A DNA stretch of 64,000 nucleotides from an uncultured Gammaproteobacteria bacterium (GCA_964503465.1 CAZCYZ010000001.1:17583-81582); one strand, 5' to 3'. Shown: positions 16,960 to 28,459, counted from the first letter of the stretch. The notes: a model not told the origin generated them from the letters alone. Program-made: numbers and translations.

Positions 16960-18117
16960 ATGCCTTCTACTTTTAGTTCTATTCGATCCATTGACAATAC
17001 TCGTCGTCAGGCCCCATTTATCACCATCCTTCTTGTGGCTTTGTTAATTGTCATCGCAATCTGGTTTTTCCGTGGTGGCAGTTTCCGTCTTTACGCTAGT
17101 GCTTTTTTTGGTCTTTACTTTATTACTCGTCAGGTTTGGGTTTCTGTTTTGCTCATCGGCATTTTGCAAAACATTATTTTTCTTCCTCTTCGCTTTATCG
17201 GTCTCAAACTTTCTACCTCACTCAAACAATTCGAAGATGAACTCGAGAATGTCAAAAGTGAAAGCCAGCAATATTTTCTCTTCACTCAAAAAGTTCGCCG
17301 TGGTGACCCAGCTATTGTCTTTTTTATTTTCAACTTTGTTGTTAATGCTATTGCTTTTTTTTCGGCCGGTCGTATCTTCTTAATCGATTTTTATTCCCAA
17401 GAACTTGATTCCAGTTATCTTTACAGTTTTATTCCTTACCCCCAATATCCCCTACAAGGAACCAACTTTTATTTTCCATTTTTTAAAATCACTAACACTG
17501 TTTCTCTACCCTGGTCCAAAATTCTTCTTATCTGGTTAGTTATCAGTCTTGGCTTTGCTATCCCTAAATTTCTTTGGCGCTTTGTTAAACCACTATTGTG
17601 GAGGAATCAACAAGTCTTAGGGGCCCGCATTAACTATAATCGTCTTTTGTTAATCACCGGCGGTTTCAGTGGCACTGTTTTTGTCCTCTCACTTTTCCTG
17701 CTTCGTCATATCCCTGTCGGATTTGAGGGTTGGCTTCTTATGGCTGATCTTACCCGTCAAAACACTACTATGAATTTCATTACTGCCATTGGTACCTTCA
17801 TCACCACTCTCCATGCCGGTTACACCCACAGTTCTTTAGTTGCCTCAGAAGCTCGCCACAGTGCTATACCCGAAAACATCATTTCCCGTGTCTTTCGCAG
17901 TCAAATGCGTCAATCTTTCAAAAATGCTCTTATTTTAGGTATTGGTGCTTTCTTGGTTACTAACCACATTCCTTGTGCCTTCGAGCTTTCTGTTGCCACT
18001 TTCGAGGTCCTCTATATTCTTTCTCCCTACACCTTCAACCGTCTTCTCCCCAAACCCGCTCCGGTAGTTACCGCCACCGAGACCGAATCAAATATTTCCA
18101 CCAAAAAAACCGACTAA
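16960..18117 (+). CDS. membrane protein with YidC/Oxa1-like N-terminal region
   Basis: WVSVLLIGILQNIIFLPL followed by a coiled coil, then multiple TMs. Start inferred from the upstream -10. Confidence 0.55.
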   Translation: MPSTFSSIRSIDNTRRQAPFITILLVALLIVIAIWFFRGGSFRLYASAFFGLYFITRQVWVSVLLIGILQNIIFLPLRFIGLKLSTSLKQFEDELENVKSESQQYFLFTQKVRRGDPAIVFFIFNFVVNAIAFFSAGRIFLIDFYSQELDSSYLYSFIPYPQYPLQGTNFYFPFFKITNTVSLPWSKILLIWLVISLGFAIPKFLWRFVKPLLWRNQQVLGARINYNRLLLITGGFSGTVFVLSLFLLRHIPVGFEGWLLMADLTRQNTTMNFITAIGTFITTLHAGYTHSSLVASEARHSAIPENIISRVFRSQMRQSFKNALILGIGAFLVTNHIPCAFELSVATFEVLYILSPYTFNRLLPKPAPVVTATETESNISTKKTD

Positions 18118-18123
18118 ACCACC

Positions 18124-19194
18124 ATGACACATCAAGATTTTGTTCAAATACTCAAAGATTATCGATCCTTGGTTTGGCCCATTATTGATAAGGCCTTGCC
18201 AACAATTATTGATTTTGATCCGTTTTGTCGTCCCAGCCCCAAATATCAGCCCCTTATCGATTACCACGCCAAGATGATTGAAGTTTATCCACAACGAATG
18301 GGAAAATATTTCCGTCCCGGAATGGTCATCCTTACCGGGGAAGCTATGGGTGCCCCCCGCCATCTATTGTTAAACACCGCCGCCGCACAACAATTATCCG
18401 AAGAATGGATTCTGATTCACGATGATGTTGAGGACGATTCTCGGGAACGTCGTGGCGACAAGGCCCTTCATCATCTCTATTCCAAAGAGTTGGCCATCAA
18501 CATTGGTGATGCCATTCATGTCCTTATGTGGACCACCCTGCAACAGAATCGCCATATTCTTGGTATCGATAAAACCTTTGCCATTATGGATGAATTTACT
18601 CGCATGCTCAATCGCACCGTTTTTGGTCAAACTACCGAAATCAAATGGACCCAAGAAAACAAAAAAGACCTTTCCGACGAGGACATCCTCCTTATTCTTG
18701 AGGGTAAAACTGGTTATTACACTGTTGCCGGACCCATGCGGGAAGGCGCCATTATTGCCGGCGCAACCCCCCAGCAGTTAGAAAAAATTTATTACTTTGG
18801 CAAGCTCACTGGTTATTTATTCCAAATAAAGGACGATCTTCTTGATCTTACTTCCGATTTTCAAGGACTCAAAAAACAAATTGGTAACGACATTTTTGAA
18901 GGTAAACGAACTATTATGTTAGCTCACCTTCTTTGTCATGTTTCCGGGCCAGACCAAATCAAGCTCGATACTATTCTAGCCAAAAGTCGCTATCAAAAAA
19001 CTCAAGACGAAGTTGACTGGGTTATTTCGATTATGGACAAGTATGGCAGCCTGGCTCACGCCAACGAACTTATGCACCGGTTTGCTTCTGAAGCTAATGA
19101 TTATTTTACCAAAGAAATGAGCTTTCTTTCTCATCAACCAGCCAGAGGTTATCTTGAATTTTTACCCGAGTTTCTTCTCCATCGCGATCACTAA
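18124..19194 (+). CDS. polyprenyl diphosphate synthase
   Basis: GK..RP, HDDVED..RRG, KT, FQIKDDLLD, EGK.T. Confidence 0.92.
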   Translation: MTHQDFVQILKDYRSLVWPIIDKALPTIIDFDPFCRPSPKYQPLIDYHAKMIEVYPQRMGKYFRPGMVILTGEAMGAPRHLLLNTAAAQQLSEEWILIHDDVEDDSRERRGDKALHHLYSKELAINIGDAIHVLMWTTLQQNRHILGIDKTFAIMDEFTRMLNRTVFGQTTEIKWTQENKKDLSDEDILLILEGKTGYYTVAGPMREGAIIAGATPQQLEKIYYFGKLTGYLFQIKDDLLDLTSDFQGLKKQIGNDIFEGKRTIMLAHLLCHVSGPDQIKLDTILAKSRYQKTQDEVDWVISIMDKYGSLAHANELMHRFASEANDYFTKEMSFLSHQPARGYLEFLPEFLLHRDH

Positions 19195-19907
19195 ATCAAC
19201 TCCCAAAAGTTAGCACAAATAGTCTTGATTTTCCCCAGCTCAACCTTGTTTGCTTTAAGTATTCTTACTTCCTCCTCCGCTTCCTTTTTGGCTAGTTCAA
19301 TTGATCTCATTTTATAGTTTATTTTCCCTTCTATTTCTCCCCTAACTGCCCCAATTAATTCCTGGTTAGTTTGCAAATAAGCCTCAACTCCACCTTTAAC
19401 ATCAATTTCGCTTTTCAGAAAGACTCTCCAAGCTTTTACTTGATAAGCCGAAAAATCACGTATTGTCTCCACAAAGCTTCCATACGTTCCGCCGCAAGCC
19501 CAAGAATAAGCCACTGCCCTTTGAAAACTCATTTCACTCTTGTCTGCCAACGACAATATTTCCATTAATGTGTTACCCTTACCCTCTAGAATTTTTTCAT
19601 CATGATTCTCAATTACCTCTACTATTTCTTCAGTTTTTTCAACCAGTTCAGTTTTAGCCAACAACCCCCTGGCAATCATCGCCGCTGTTGTTTCATGTTC
19701 TTCCTGTCCGCCACCTTTAGCCGGTCGATATATATCATGTAGCATTCCCGTTGCCCAAGCCAACATCGGATCAAAATTGTGCCCCCTCGCCACCTCTTCA
19801 CACTTCTTGGCTACTTTCCACAAGTGTCCATATGCGTGTCCCAATGTCGGCGGATTATCAATTAAATAGGTAATTACCAAATTATTTAATCCCAATTTCA
19901 AGTCCAT
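19191..19907 (-). CDS. HD-domain phosphohydrolase
   Basis: H...H, LHDI, H and ADK. Confidence 0.8.
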   Translation of the reverse strand: MDLKLGLNNLVITYLIDNPPTLGHAYGHLWKVAKKCEEVARGHNFDPMLAWATGMLHDIYRPAKGGGQEEHETTAAMIARGLLAKTELVEKTEEIVEVIENHDEKILEGKGNTLMEILSLADKSEMSFQRAVAYSWACGGTYGSFVETIRDFSAYQVKAWRVFLKSEIDVKGGVEAYLQTNQELIGAVRGEIEGKINYKMRSIELAKKEAEEEVRILKANKVELGKIKTICANFWELI

Positions 19908-19924
19908 ATCTGTTAAATTATACT

Positions 19925-21115
19925 ATGTCCCTGCTCTATCTTTTCTCCCCGATGATTTTTTTCTGGGCCCTGTTTGATGGCATTATTTCTTTTATCACCC
20001 CCATCTTTATTACCGATGTCGGTTTCACCAATACCGAAATGGGTTTAATTATCGCCTTTTCCTCTGTCGCTGGTGCCATCTTTGACTTTATTCTAACCAA
20101 AGTTATTCCCACCACCCACTACCGCCGTCTTTTCATCTTTGTCTTCATTCTCTGCTTCTTTCACCCATTTGTTCTCTTTTTTGCCAAATCCGCCCTAGTT
20201 TTTCTTTTTGCCATGGCTATTTGGGGACTTTATTATGATCTTGATAGTTTTGCCCAGTTCGATTTTATTGCCCGCCATTCCCGTCCAAACGAACATTGCA
20301 AGAACTCTGGTATTGTTACTGTTTTCAAATCCCTTGGCTATTTGCTTGCCCCGGTTTTAGCCGGTTTAGTGGTTACTACTCATCGCACCTTCAACCCTTT
20401 GGCTTTCGCCCTCCTCTACCTATTCGTTGCTTTCCTTTTCTTTGTTGTTCTCTACCGTCTTACCGCCTCTGCCTCGCATCTTCAACCCATTACCCATCAC
20501 CGTCGCCCCAACATTTTTGCCGAACTTGGCCTATGGCGACGTGTTGGTATTATCCTTTTACCAGTCCTTTTGTTTAACACTGGCACCTACATCTTTGAAG
20601 CTACTTTCTGGACTATTGGCCCACTATTTGCTGGTAACTTTACCGAGTTTTCCGACTTTTCTGGTATCTTCATGATGCTCTATGGTTTACCGCCATTGTT
20701 AACTGGTTGGTTTGTCGAGAATTTTACTTCTCGTTTTGGCAAAAAACGTACTGCCTACATTTCTTTCCTCTTGGGTAATTTTTTTCTTATCCCCTTTGCT
20801 TTTGTTAATTCTCCCTACATTATTCTTGTCCTTGTCTTTCTGTCTTCTGTCGTTAACTCGTTTGCTTGGCCAGCCATCAAGGGAGCTTATGTTGACTACA
20901 TCAACGAATCCCACCAATATGAAAACGAAATTGTTGGTCTTAACGATTTTTCTACCAATATCGGTTATGTTATTGGTCCTATCATGGCTGGTTTCCTCTC
21001 TGATCGTATCGGCATCGGTGGTAGTTTCGCCGCCATCGGCCTTTTCAACATTGGCCTAGTCATTTTCCTTTTTGGTTTTACCCCTCGTCATATTAATATC
21101 AACTTAACCAATTGA
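19925..21115 (+). CDS. MFS transporter
   Basis: About 12 TMs, RFGKKR, GPIMAGFLSDRIG. Confidence 0.85.
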   Translation: MSLLYLFSPMIFFWALFDGIISFITPIFITDVGFTNTEMGLIIAFSSVAGAIFDFILTKVIPTTHYRRLFIFVFILCFFHPFVLFFAKSALVFLFAMAIWGLYYDLDSFAQFDFIARHSRPNEHCKNSGIVTVFKSLGYLLAPVLAGLVVTTHRTFNPLAFALLYLFVAFLFFVVLYRLTASASHLQPITHHRRPNIFAELGLWRRVGIILLPVLLFNTGTYIFEATFWTIGPLFAGNFTEFSDFSGIFMMLYGLPPLLTGWFVENFTSRFGKKRTAYISFLLGNFFLIPFAFVNSPYIILVLVFLSSVVNSFAWPAIKGAYVDYINESHQYENEIVGLNDFSTNIGYVIGPIMAGFLSDRIGIGGSFAAIGLFNIGLVIFLFGFTPRHININLTN

Positions 21116-22191
21116 CCGTCAAACTAACCAAAGCTATTCTTCTTCAACTTTCTGGTATTCTTGGAGCCGGAATTTTTGTTCTTCCTCATGTTTTCCAGCA
21201 ATCAAATTTTAATTTTGCCATTCTTGGCCTTGTTCTCGTTACTCTTCTCATTTCCCAAATCAATCTTTTCTATTCTGATATTATTAACAATACTCCCGGT
21301 GACCATCAACTTTCCGGTTATGCTCACATTTACCTTGGTTCCGTCTGCAAATTTATCACCCTGATTAATTTTCTTCTTTTAGAAATCGGTTCTCTGGTCG
21401 CTTATATTATTCTCTTTTCCCAGTTTTTAACTCATCTGTTCCCGTCTCTCTCGTTTTTGCAGTCTTCGACTATTTTTTTTACTATGGCTATTATCTTTCA
21501 TCTAAATCGCCTCAAGTTTTTTGGTCGCTATTACCAAATCATTCCCATTTCCGCTGCTATCATTATCTTTATTCTTCTCACCTCCGCTCTTTCCCTTCCC
21601 AAATTACCAGCTACGATTTATCATCCACCATCCTTTTTGTTTTTTGGCTCATTAGTTTTTGCCCTAACTGGTTTTACCATCATTCCCGAAGTCGAAGAAA
21701 TTCTTCGTCCTCATAAAAAATATCTCAAAATTGTTTCTTTGGTTGGTTTGTCTCTCGCGGCCATTTTTTACCTTCTTTTTTCCTATGCTGTTAGCAAACT
21801 TTCCTTTCCCCATATTTCCGCCGACGCTGTCACTGGTCTTGGCATCAATTTCCCCATTTTGGCCTCTCTTCTTTCCCTACTTGGTCTTTTTCTCGTTTTT
21901 CAAGCCTCGCTTAACCTGCTTTTAGTTTTTAAGGAAACTTTCTATCGTGATTTTAATCTTTCTCTTCAGTCATCCTATTTAGTTTCTATTCTTATTTTCC
22001 TTGGTTGTTTTCTTCTTCACCAAATTTCTTTGGTTACCATCATCTCACTTACCGGTTCGGTTACTCTCTTCGTCTCCGCTCTTATTATCTGTCTTATCCG
22101 CCTCCGCATCAGCCACACACCTCAAATTATTTTTCGCACTCTTCTTGTTCTTGTCGTCTTCCTCATCGGCCTTATTTCCGAATTTTTCTAA
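21112..22191 (+). CDS. aromatic amino acid permease family (ArAAP/APC)
   Basis: GILGAGIFVLP and FALTGFTIIPE. Confidence 0.8.
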   Translation: MTVKLTKAILLQLSGILGAGIFVLPHVFQQSNFNFAILGLVLVTLLISQINLFYSDIINNTPGDHQLSGYAHIYLGSVCKFITLINFLLLEIGSLVAYIILFSQFLTHLFPSLSFLQSSTIFFTMAIIFHLNRLKFFGRYYQIIPISAAIIIFILLTSALSLPKLPATIYHPPSFLFFGSLVFALTGFTIIPEVEEILRPHKKYLKIVSLVGLSLAAIFYLLFSYAVSKLSFPHISADAVTGLGINFPILASLLSLLGLFLVFQASLNLLLVFKETFYRDFNLSLQSSYLVSILIFLGCFLLHQISLVTIISLTGSVTLFVSALIICLIRLRISHTPQIIFRTLLVLVVFLIGLISEFF

Positions 22192-22225
22192 GAATAGTAT
22201 CGAAATTTTTGTATAATCAGTGAAC

Positions 22226-22543
22226 ATGACAAAAACTACTCGAGGAATTTTGTTCGGTGCTCTAGCCGGTCTTATCGACCTGATTCCTATGATTCTTCAA
22301 GGTCTCACCCTCGATGCTGATTTGTCGGCATTTTCTCTGTGGGTCATCTCAGGTTTTTTAATTGCCACCACTAATCTTCCACTTAAAGGTCCAGTCAAGG
22401 GGGTAGCTATTTCTTTTTTAGTCCTTATCCCGTCAGCTGTACTTATTGGTTGGCAAGAACCATTCTCTCTTCTGCCCATCACTATCATGACTCTAATTCT
22501 TGGTTCGATTCTTGGATACCTAGTGGATAGAAATAACGTTTAG
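22226..22543 (+). CDS. small 4-TM membrane protein
   Basis: Hydrophobic ORF with TATAAT upstream. Confidence 0.6.
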   Translation: MTKTTRGILFGALAGLIDLIPMILQGLTLDADLSAFSLWVISGFLIATTNLPLKGPVKGVAISFLVLIPSAVLIGWQEPFSLLPITIMTLILGSILGYLVDRNNV

Positions 22544-23568
22544 ATTTTCCCGTATCTCTTTAGCCCTATCTTAATTATCTTTCCAATTATTTCATCATAG
22601 TTTATTCCCGCAGCCATTGCCGATACTACTAGTTTTGACTCATCAGGCGGTGGCAACAGTCCTACCGGGCAATTAATTTCCAGTACATACAATTTTCCCT
22701 CCAGATCCATTCTCATATCAACTCTACTCCAATCTCGACATTCAATTGTTTTAAAAGCCATTTTCGCCAGCATTTCAATCACTTCTTTTAATTGACCATC
22801 CACTACTGCTGGACAAATAGTCGAATCAACTCTATTAGGATTGTTTGGCATATCGTGTATCCATTTCACTTCGTAGCTGTCAATCTTCTCCATTTCCGCT
22901 GGTAGCCCGCTAAAGTCAGATTCGACAATTGGTAACACTTCCAAATCATTCCCATTCCCCAATACTGGTACGGTAAACTCTCGTCCTTCCAAAAATCTTT
23001 CCACTAACGCCGGCTCCTTAAATTTACTAATACTTTCTCTTACCCTTTCTCTTAGTTCGTTTTCATTTCTCACCACCGAATTATTTCTTATCCCAGCACT
23101 CGATCCCTGTCCGTTGGCTTTAACAATTAGTGGGAACGTTAAATCGTCATTTAATCTCTCATTTTCGTCCTCAAACACCTGCCACCCTGGAGTTGGTATT
23201 TTGTAGTAATGCCAGATTTCTTTGGTTCGGTATTTGTTCAAAATCAGTGCCGCCGACATTGGTGACGGTCCCGAATAGGGGATTTTCAATATCTCGGCTA
23301 TCATTGGCACGTGAGCCTCTCTATCAGCACTATCGGTTATCGCCTCGGCAAAATTAAAAATAAAATCAATCGAGCTTCTTTCACTTCTTAATTTTTGATA
23401 CAAATCCTCATTAGCCTCCAGTGGTAACACTTCAAAGTCGTTTTTTCTAATCGCATTTGTTATCGCCTCAATCGTTTTCGGAGTATCAAATTCTGCCTGA
23501 AATTCCGCCTCCGGTTGGTTGAAATCTACCCTATTCTGTTTGAGATTGTAAACAAATGCAATTTTCAT
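22540..23568 (-). CDS. D-Ala-D-Ala ligase-like ATP-grasp enzyme
   Basis: IPYSG, PLIVK..GSS.GI, ERFLEGREFTV, SRVDMR, LEIN. Confidence 0.8.
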   Translation of the reverse strand: MKIAFVYNLKQNRVDFNQPEAEFQAEFDTPKTIEAITNAIRKNDFEVLPLEANEDLYQKLRSERSSIDFIFNFAEAITDSADREAHVPMIAEILKIPYSGPSPMSAALILNKYRTKEIWHYYKIPTPGWQVFEDENERLNDDLTFPLIVKANGQGSSAGIRNNSVVRNENELRERVRESISKFKEPALVERFLEGREFTVPVLGNGNDLEVLPIVESDFSGLPAEMEKIDSYEVKWIHDMPNNPNRVDSTICPAVVDGQLKEVIEMLAKMAFKTIECRDWSRVDMRMDLEGKLYVLEINCPVGLLPPPDESKLVVSAMAAGINYDEIIGKIIKIGLKRYGKI

Positions 23569-23611
23569 AATTCAGTATAGCCCATTCATCATTTATTTAG
23601 TCCCTCCTTTT

Positions 23612-23650
23612 CTCCCCCTGCCCTGTCAAGGGAAGGGTCGGGGAAGGGTT
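23612..23650. repeat. intergenic copy of the small hairpin repeat
   Basis: CTCCCCCTGCCCTGTCAAGGGAAGGGTCGGGGAAGGG. Confidence 0.75.
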
Positions 23651-23668
23651 TGATGTTAAAATTACCCA

Positions 23669-25447
23669 GTGTCGACCCAGGTTGAAGAAATCAAACAAAA
23701 GCTTGACATTGTTAATATTATTTCCCGTTATGTTCCAATCAAAAAACGTGGTCGCCATTTTGTGGCTCCCTGTCCTTTCCACTCCGAAAAAACTCCTTCT
23801 TTTATAGTTTCCCCCGAACTTCAAATTTTTAAATGTTTTGGTTGTGGAAAAGCTGGTGATATTTATAATTTTATTCAAGAATTCGAACGGGTTGATTTTG
23901 GTGAAGCCCTAGAAATTTTGGCCAAAGAAGCTGGTATTACTCTTGAACGTAGTTCTCAATCTTCCCCCGAAGTCTCCCGCCGCAAACGTCTTCTCGACCT
24001 CCACTCTCAGGTTCAAAAATTCTATCACTATCTGCTAACGTCCCACCCCTTGGGTAAACCTGCTCTTGAATACGTTCTCAAACGGGATATTACTTTGTCG
24101 ACTATCAAACTATTTGGTATCGGTTTTTCTCCCGCTAATTCCTCTCTTCTGGTCAATCATCTTCTCAAAAAAGGTTTCAAGGATTCTGAACTTATCGTTT
24201 CTGGAATTTTTGGTCGCAGCCAATACCAATCTCGTTTTTATGACCGTTTTTCCGGCCGTCTCACCTTTCCGCTTTCCGACCCTCGTGGTCAAATCCTTGG
24301 TTTTTCTGGTCGTCTTCTTCCCGGAGCTAAAAGTGATTTAGCCAAATACATCAATTCCCCCGAAACCGATCTTTATCACAAAAGTCAAATAGTTTTTGGC
24401 CTTCATCTGGCTAGGGAATCAATTAGACTTGCCGGCAAAGTAGTTGTCACCGAGGGGGAGTTTGACATGATCGCCCCCTTTCAGGCCGGTATTACTAATA
24501 TTGTCGCCCTCAAAGGCACTGCTTTTACTCTCGATCAGCTCCAGCTTCTTCGTCGTTACACTAACACTTTGGTTTTGGCTCTCGATTCCGATTTTGCTGG
24601 TTCCGCCGCCGCCAAAAGAAGTATCGAGCTAGCCGATTCTCTTGATTTTGATATTCAAGTTTTAGATCTTGGTGGCCGTTACAAAGATCCCGACGAAGCC
24701 GTTCGTGCCGATCCAGATTTTTTTAAAAATCAATTAAATAACCCTTTACCAATCTGGGATTTCTTCATCAATTCTGCCATTAAAAACTATGGCACCGATA
24801 CTGTTACCGGCAAGCGTCAAATATTAAGCGACGTTCTCCCCTCACTTGTCAAAATTACCAATTCCGTTATTCGTTCTGATTATTTTCACAAACTAGCTAG
24901 GTTAATTAATTCTGATTATGACTCGATAGTTCAAGAATCGGCCAAATACTCTCCCAGCCAAACCAAGTCTGCCACCCCAGTTACCACTAAGCCCGTTCCT
25001 GTTTCTCAAGTTGAAAAGCTTGAAGAATATCTCTTAAGTCTTGTTTTGAGCGCCAAAAAACCTCAAGTTTTAGCCAACCGTCTTCGGTCCGATCTCGTAA
25101 ATTTCACTACTACTCGATTCAAAAATCTTGTTGCCCAATTATTGGCTACCGCCAATTTCGACATCGCCACTTTTGGCTCCAACCTTCCTTCCGAGCTCCA
25201 GCCCACTTTTCAGCACCTTTATTTAGCTGGCACCAGTCAGGATTTAGAGTCCAAGGTTCGTCGCCGGGAAATCGCCCAAACCCTGCAACAACTACGGATA
25301 ATTAGTCTCAAAGATCGACTAAACTCACTTGGGGCTCAAATTGCCAACCGCGAATCTGCTGGTCCCGACGTTGATTTTTCCGATCTCGAAACAGAATATA
25401 ATCAACTTCTTTCAAAACTTTCCCAGTTACAATTAGAAAAATACTAG
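23669..25447 (+). CDS. dnaG: DNA primase
   Basis: CPFH..KTPSF..CFGC zinc finger, [13 protein letters not shown] and DPDE Toprim motifs. Confidence 0.96.
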   Translation: MSTQVEEIKQKLDIVNIISRYVPIKKRGRHFVAPCPFHSEKTPSFIVSPELQIFKCFGCGKAGDIYNFIQEFERVDFGEALEILAKEAGITLERSSQSSPEVSRRKRLLDLHSQVQKFYHYLLTSHPLGKPALEYVLKRDITLSTIKLFGIGFSPANSSLLVNHLLKKGFKDSELIVSGIFGRSQYQSRFYDRFSGRLTFPLSDPRGQILGFSGRLLPGAKSDLAKYINSPETDLYHKSQIVFGLHLARESIRLAGKVVVTEGEFDMIAPFQAGITNIVALKGTAFTLDQLQLLRRYTNTLVLALDSDFAGSAAAKRSIELADSLDFDIQVLDLGGRYKDPDEAVRADPDFFKNQLNNPLPIWDFFINSAIKNYGTDTVTGKRQILSDVLPSLVKITNSVIRSDYFHKLARLINSDYDSIVQESAKYSPSQTKSATPVTTKPVPVSQVEKLEEYLLSLVLSAKKPQVLANRLRSDLVNFTTTRFKNLVAQLLATANFDIATFGSNLPSELQPTFQHLYLAGTSQDLESKVRRREIAQTLQQLRIISLKDRLNSLGAQIANRESAGPDVDFSDLETEYNQLLSKLSQLQLEKY

Positions 25448-25467
25448 ATTCTACTGTAGAATACACC

Positions 25468-26553
25468 ATGTCTTCCTCCCTCGACTTTACCAAGATTCGC
25501 CAGCATCTGGTTACTCTCGCCAAAAAGCTTCATTATCTTACCCACGACGAAGTTCTTAAATTAGTCCCCGAGCCGGAAAAATATATTGACGATGTTGACA
25601 ATCTTTTTGATTATCTTTTTGACAAGGGTATCGATGTTTTCGATAAAGTTGAGTCTCAAGAGCTCATTATCAGTGCTGGGTCAAAGACCAATAGTGCCGA
25701 TCTCATGGCTCTTCTAAGCCAAAAAAATAGTGTCGACTCTGTTCGGATGTATCTTAAGGAAATTGGCAAAATCGACCTGTTAACTTTTGCCGAAGAAGTT
25801 TCTTTAGCCCAATCAATCGAACGAGGTTCACCTTCAGCCCGCGAGCAACTCATTAACGCCAATCTTCGTTTGGTTGTCTCTATTGCCAAAAAATATATTG
25901 GCCGTGGTCTAACTTTTCTTGATCTAGTCCAGGAAGGTAATCAAGGCCTAATGCGAGCCGTCGAGAAATTTGATTGGAAAAGGGGATTTAAGTTCTCCAC
26001 TTATGCGACCTGGTGGATTCGTCAGGCTATTACTCGAGCTATCGCCGATCAGGCCAAAACCATCCGTATCCCAGTTCACATGGTCGAGACCATCAATAAA
26101 GTCTACAAAGCCACCAGGGCCCTAACTCAGCGTCTTGGTCACGAACCTAGCACCGATCAAATTGCCCAAGAAGTTGGCATCACTATCGATAAGGTTGAGG
26201 AAATTTATCGTATTTCTCAAGATACTACTTCACTAGCTACCCCGGTGGGGGACGACGAAGATTCATTTCTAGGTGATTTTATCGAAGACACCACCCAACC
26301 TTCTCCCTATGATGAGACCAGCAAAGAGCTACTTCGCGAATCAATCGAGGAAGTACTCGGGAGTCTTGACGAACGTGAAGCCAAAGTGCTAGCTCTTCGT
26401 TTTGGACTTCTGGGCGAAACCCCCAAAACTCTTGAAGAAGTTGGCAAAATTTTTAATGTCACTCGTGAACGTATTCGTCAAATCGAAGCCAAGGCTCTTC
26501 GTAAACTCCGTCATCCCAGCCGTCGCAAGAAATTACAAGACTATCTCGAATAA
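25468..26553 (+). CDS. rpoD: primary sigma-70 factor
   Basis: [44 protein letters not shown]. Confidence 0.96.
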   Translation: MSSSLDFTKIRQHLVTLAKKLHYLTHDEVLKLVPEPEKYIDDVDNLFDYLFDKGIDVFDKVESQELIISAGSKTNSADLMALLSQKNSVDSVRMYLKEIGKIDLLTFAEEVSLAQSIERGSPSAREQLINANLRLVVSIAKKYIGRGLTFLDLVQEGNQGLMRAVEKFDWKRGFKFSTYATWWIRQAITRAIADQAKTIRIPVHMVETINKVYKATRALTQRLGHEPSTDQIAQEVGITIDKVEEIYRISQDTTSLATPVGDDEDSFLGDFIEDTTQPSPYDETSKELLRESIEEVLGSLDEREAKVLALRFGLLGETPKTLEEVGKIFNVTRERIRQIEAKALRKLRHPSRRKKLQDYLE

Positions 26554-26973
26554 TTCCCCATTTCCAAATTCCTTTTTCTCCCCGCTTATCACGTAAGTTA
26601 TCATTGCCAGTACTATCTTGTGGCTAATAATTAGTATCGTTTCGCTGTCTTTATGGTCATGTTTCACATCGTCTACAAACCTGGTCACTCTCCTCTTTAC
26701 CCCTTCGAACTTCTCTTTCTTTGTTTTTGGTGCTATCAATTGGCACATATAAATCGACTGACTATCGTCCTTAACCCTCAAGATTTCGTCTAATGTTTGT
26801 TCACATCTATTAGTCGGCGAGCAATAAATCACCCCAATTTGCTTCCTGATTAATTTTTTTGCCGTTTCTACCGCCTGTCCCACCCCCTGGGCCGTTAGGT
26901 TATTTTCTTCAGCCCTTACCTTATAACCTCTGTTTCTGGCACTTTCTCCGTGTCTTACCAATATTAATTTCAT
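26533..26973 (-). CDS. histidine phosphatase family protein
   Basis: LVRHGES, SP..R..QT, IISH. Confidence 0.85.
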   Translation of the reverse strand: MKLILVRHGESARNRGYKVRAEENNLTAQGVGQAVETAKKLIRKQIGVIYCSPTNRCEQTLDEILRVKDDSQSIYMCQLIAPKTKKEKFEGVKRRVTRFVDDVKHDHKDSETILIISHKIVLAMITYVISGEKKEFGNGELFEIVL

Positions 26974-27026
26974 CCCAAATTATACCATTGCCAATTTTGG
27001 TCAGCACGTCTACAATTTGCTTAATT

Positions 27027-27377
27027 ATGAAAATCAAATTCACCGTCCTGTCCGCTCTATTTGTTGTTCTTTGTGCTTTGGTTATAAAGTTTAGTCCTCA
27101 AATCGTCACCGCCACTACCGCTCTGTGGTATGACACTGGTACCAAAATCTATAGTCTATCGGCCAACAAAGTTGGTGTCGGTACTTCCAATCCTACCCAG
27201 CAACTTGAAATCAATGGTGGCGTTCGTCTCAATACTAGTACCGCCAGACCCTCTTGCACCACTTCCGTTCGCGGCACCCTTTGGTTTACTTACGGGGTTG
27301 GTACTTCTAAGGATTCTCTCTATCTTTGCGCTCAAGCCGCCGGAACTACTGTTCCTAGCTGGAAAACTATCTACTAG
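27027..27377 (+). CDS. small secreted protein with VGVGT..P..LEING motif
   Basis: Signal peptide, fibre-like motif and two Cys. Confidence 0.6.
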   Translation: MKIKFTVLSALFVVLCALVIKFSPQIVTATTALWYDTGTKIYSLSANKVGVGTSNPTQQLEINGGVRLNTSTARPSCTTSVRGTLWFTYGVGTSKDSLYLCAQAAGTTVPSWKTIY

Positions 27378-27991
27378 CAAGACTGCAGTTCTATTCCTAG
27401 TTTTTTTAATTCCTCACCAAACTGTCCAAAGTTTTCGTACACAAAAGCGTTTATTCCCAACTCCTTTGCTCCGGACAACTTATCTTCGCTGTCATCAGAG
27501 TAAACGATTTCATTCGCTTCACATCCAGATCTTTTTATCAATTCCTCAAAAATTCCTTTTTCTGGTTTTAATACCCCAGTCTCGTAAGAGAAAACTGCCG
27601 TGTCAAAATTACTTAGAAATCTAAATCTTTTGTCCAGCCCATCTACTCTGGCTGGAAAATTATTCGAACAGGCTAATATTCTATAGTTATTGTTTTTTAG
27701 CTTATTTATCATTCCTATCACTTCTTCATTCACCTCATACCCCTCAATTAATAGTTCAACTACTTTTTCCCAATTTCCATCTATTTTCCATTCGCTAATG
27801 GCCCATTTCCAAAACTGTTCGTCACTCCAACGACCAGTTTTGTATAGGCTATTCATCTCCTCACTCTTCAAAAACACTCGTCTTGTCTCATCCTCACCCA
27901 CCCCATATTTTTCACTTAAATTTTTTATAAAATTCTCCTTTCCATTTAGAAAATACACCCCATCCAGGTCAAAGGTTATGGCTTTAATCAT
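27374..27991 (-). CDS. HAD-superfamily phosphatase
   Basis: FDLDGV, SN, KP, DD. Confidence 0.88.
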   Translation of the reverse strand: MIKAITFDLDGVYFLNGKENFIKNLSEKYGVGEDETRRVFLKSEEMNSLYKTGRWSDEQFWKWAISEWKIDGNWEKVVELLIEGYEVNEEVIGMINKLKNNNYRILACSNNFPARVDGLDKRFRFLSNFDTAVFSYETGVLKPEKGIFEELIKRSGCEANEIVYSDDSEDKLSGAKELGINAFVYENFGQFGEELKKLGIELQSC

Positions 27992-28012
27992 GGGCTATTC
28001 TACCACTGAGAC

Positions 28013-28258
28013 TCATTGAACTATGTCACTTTCAAATACCACTCCGGGTACTGTTATCTGTCCTATTATGTCAATAGTCTCCAGTCTGTGCCCCGTTCCC
28101 CTGGTGGTTGGGCTTCGTGGGTGATTCAGATGGCTGTTCACCGCCATTATTATCGACGCCCTGTCAGTTAGTTTCCCATAGTCATCAGCGATTACTCTTT
28201 GACAAGTAACACAATGTATTCTTCTTTGTGGTCTCCGTTCTTTGTTTTCATCTCCCAT
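28013..28258 (-). CDS. small hypothetical protein (CxxC, His)
   Basis: HCVTC...H...H. Confidence 0.45.
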   Translation of the reverse strand: MGDENKERRPQRRIHCVTCQRVIADDYGKLTDRASIIMAVNSHLNHPRSPTTRGTGHRLETIDIIGQITVPGVVFESDIVQ

Positions 28259-28409
28259 AGGTCGTATATTAGCAGACAAATGTACAAATTAGTGGCTTTT
28301 GGGTCAGTGTTATTCTATAATCAATCCTAACTTTTGCACCTTTTACAACCCACATTACTTCAGTTTTAGTTTAAAACTTCAAATTTTAAATTAAAAATTG
28401 AATAAATAT

Positions 28410-28459
28410 TCCCCTGTAGCTCTCCGCCAGCTGGCGGACGGTAGAGGCTCGCCTGTTAA
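28410..28459 (+). pseudogene. 5' half of tRNA-Asn with a 16-bp palindrome in the D-loop
   Basis: TCCCCTGTAGCTC-TCCGCCAGCTGGCGGA-CGGTAGAGGCTCGCCTGTTAA, compared with the intact gene at 28773. Confidence 0.75.

Noticed and set aside
28290-28409. Replication origin in the AT-rich gap
   Set aside because: No DnaA-box cluster seen, and the strand skew does not invert.
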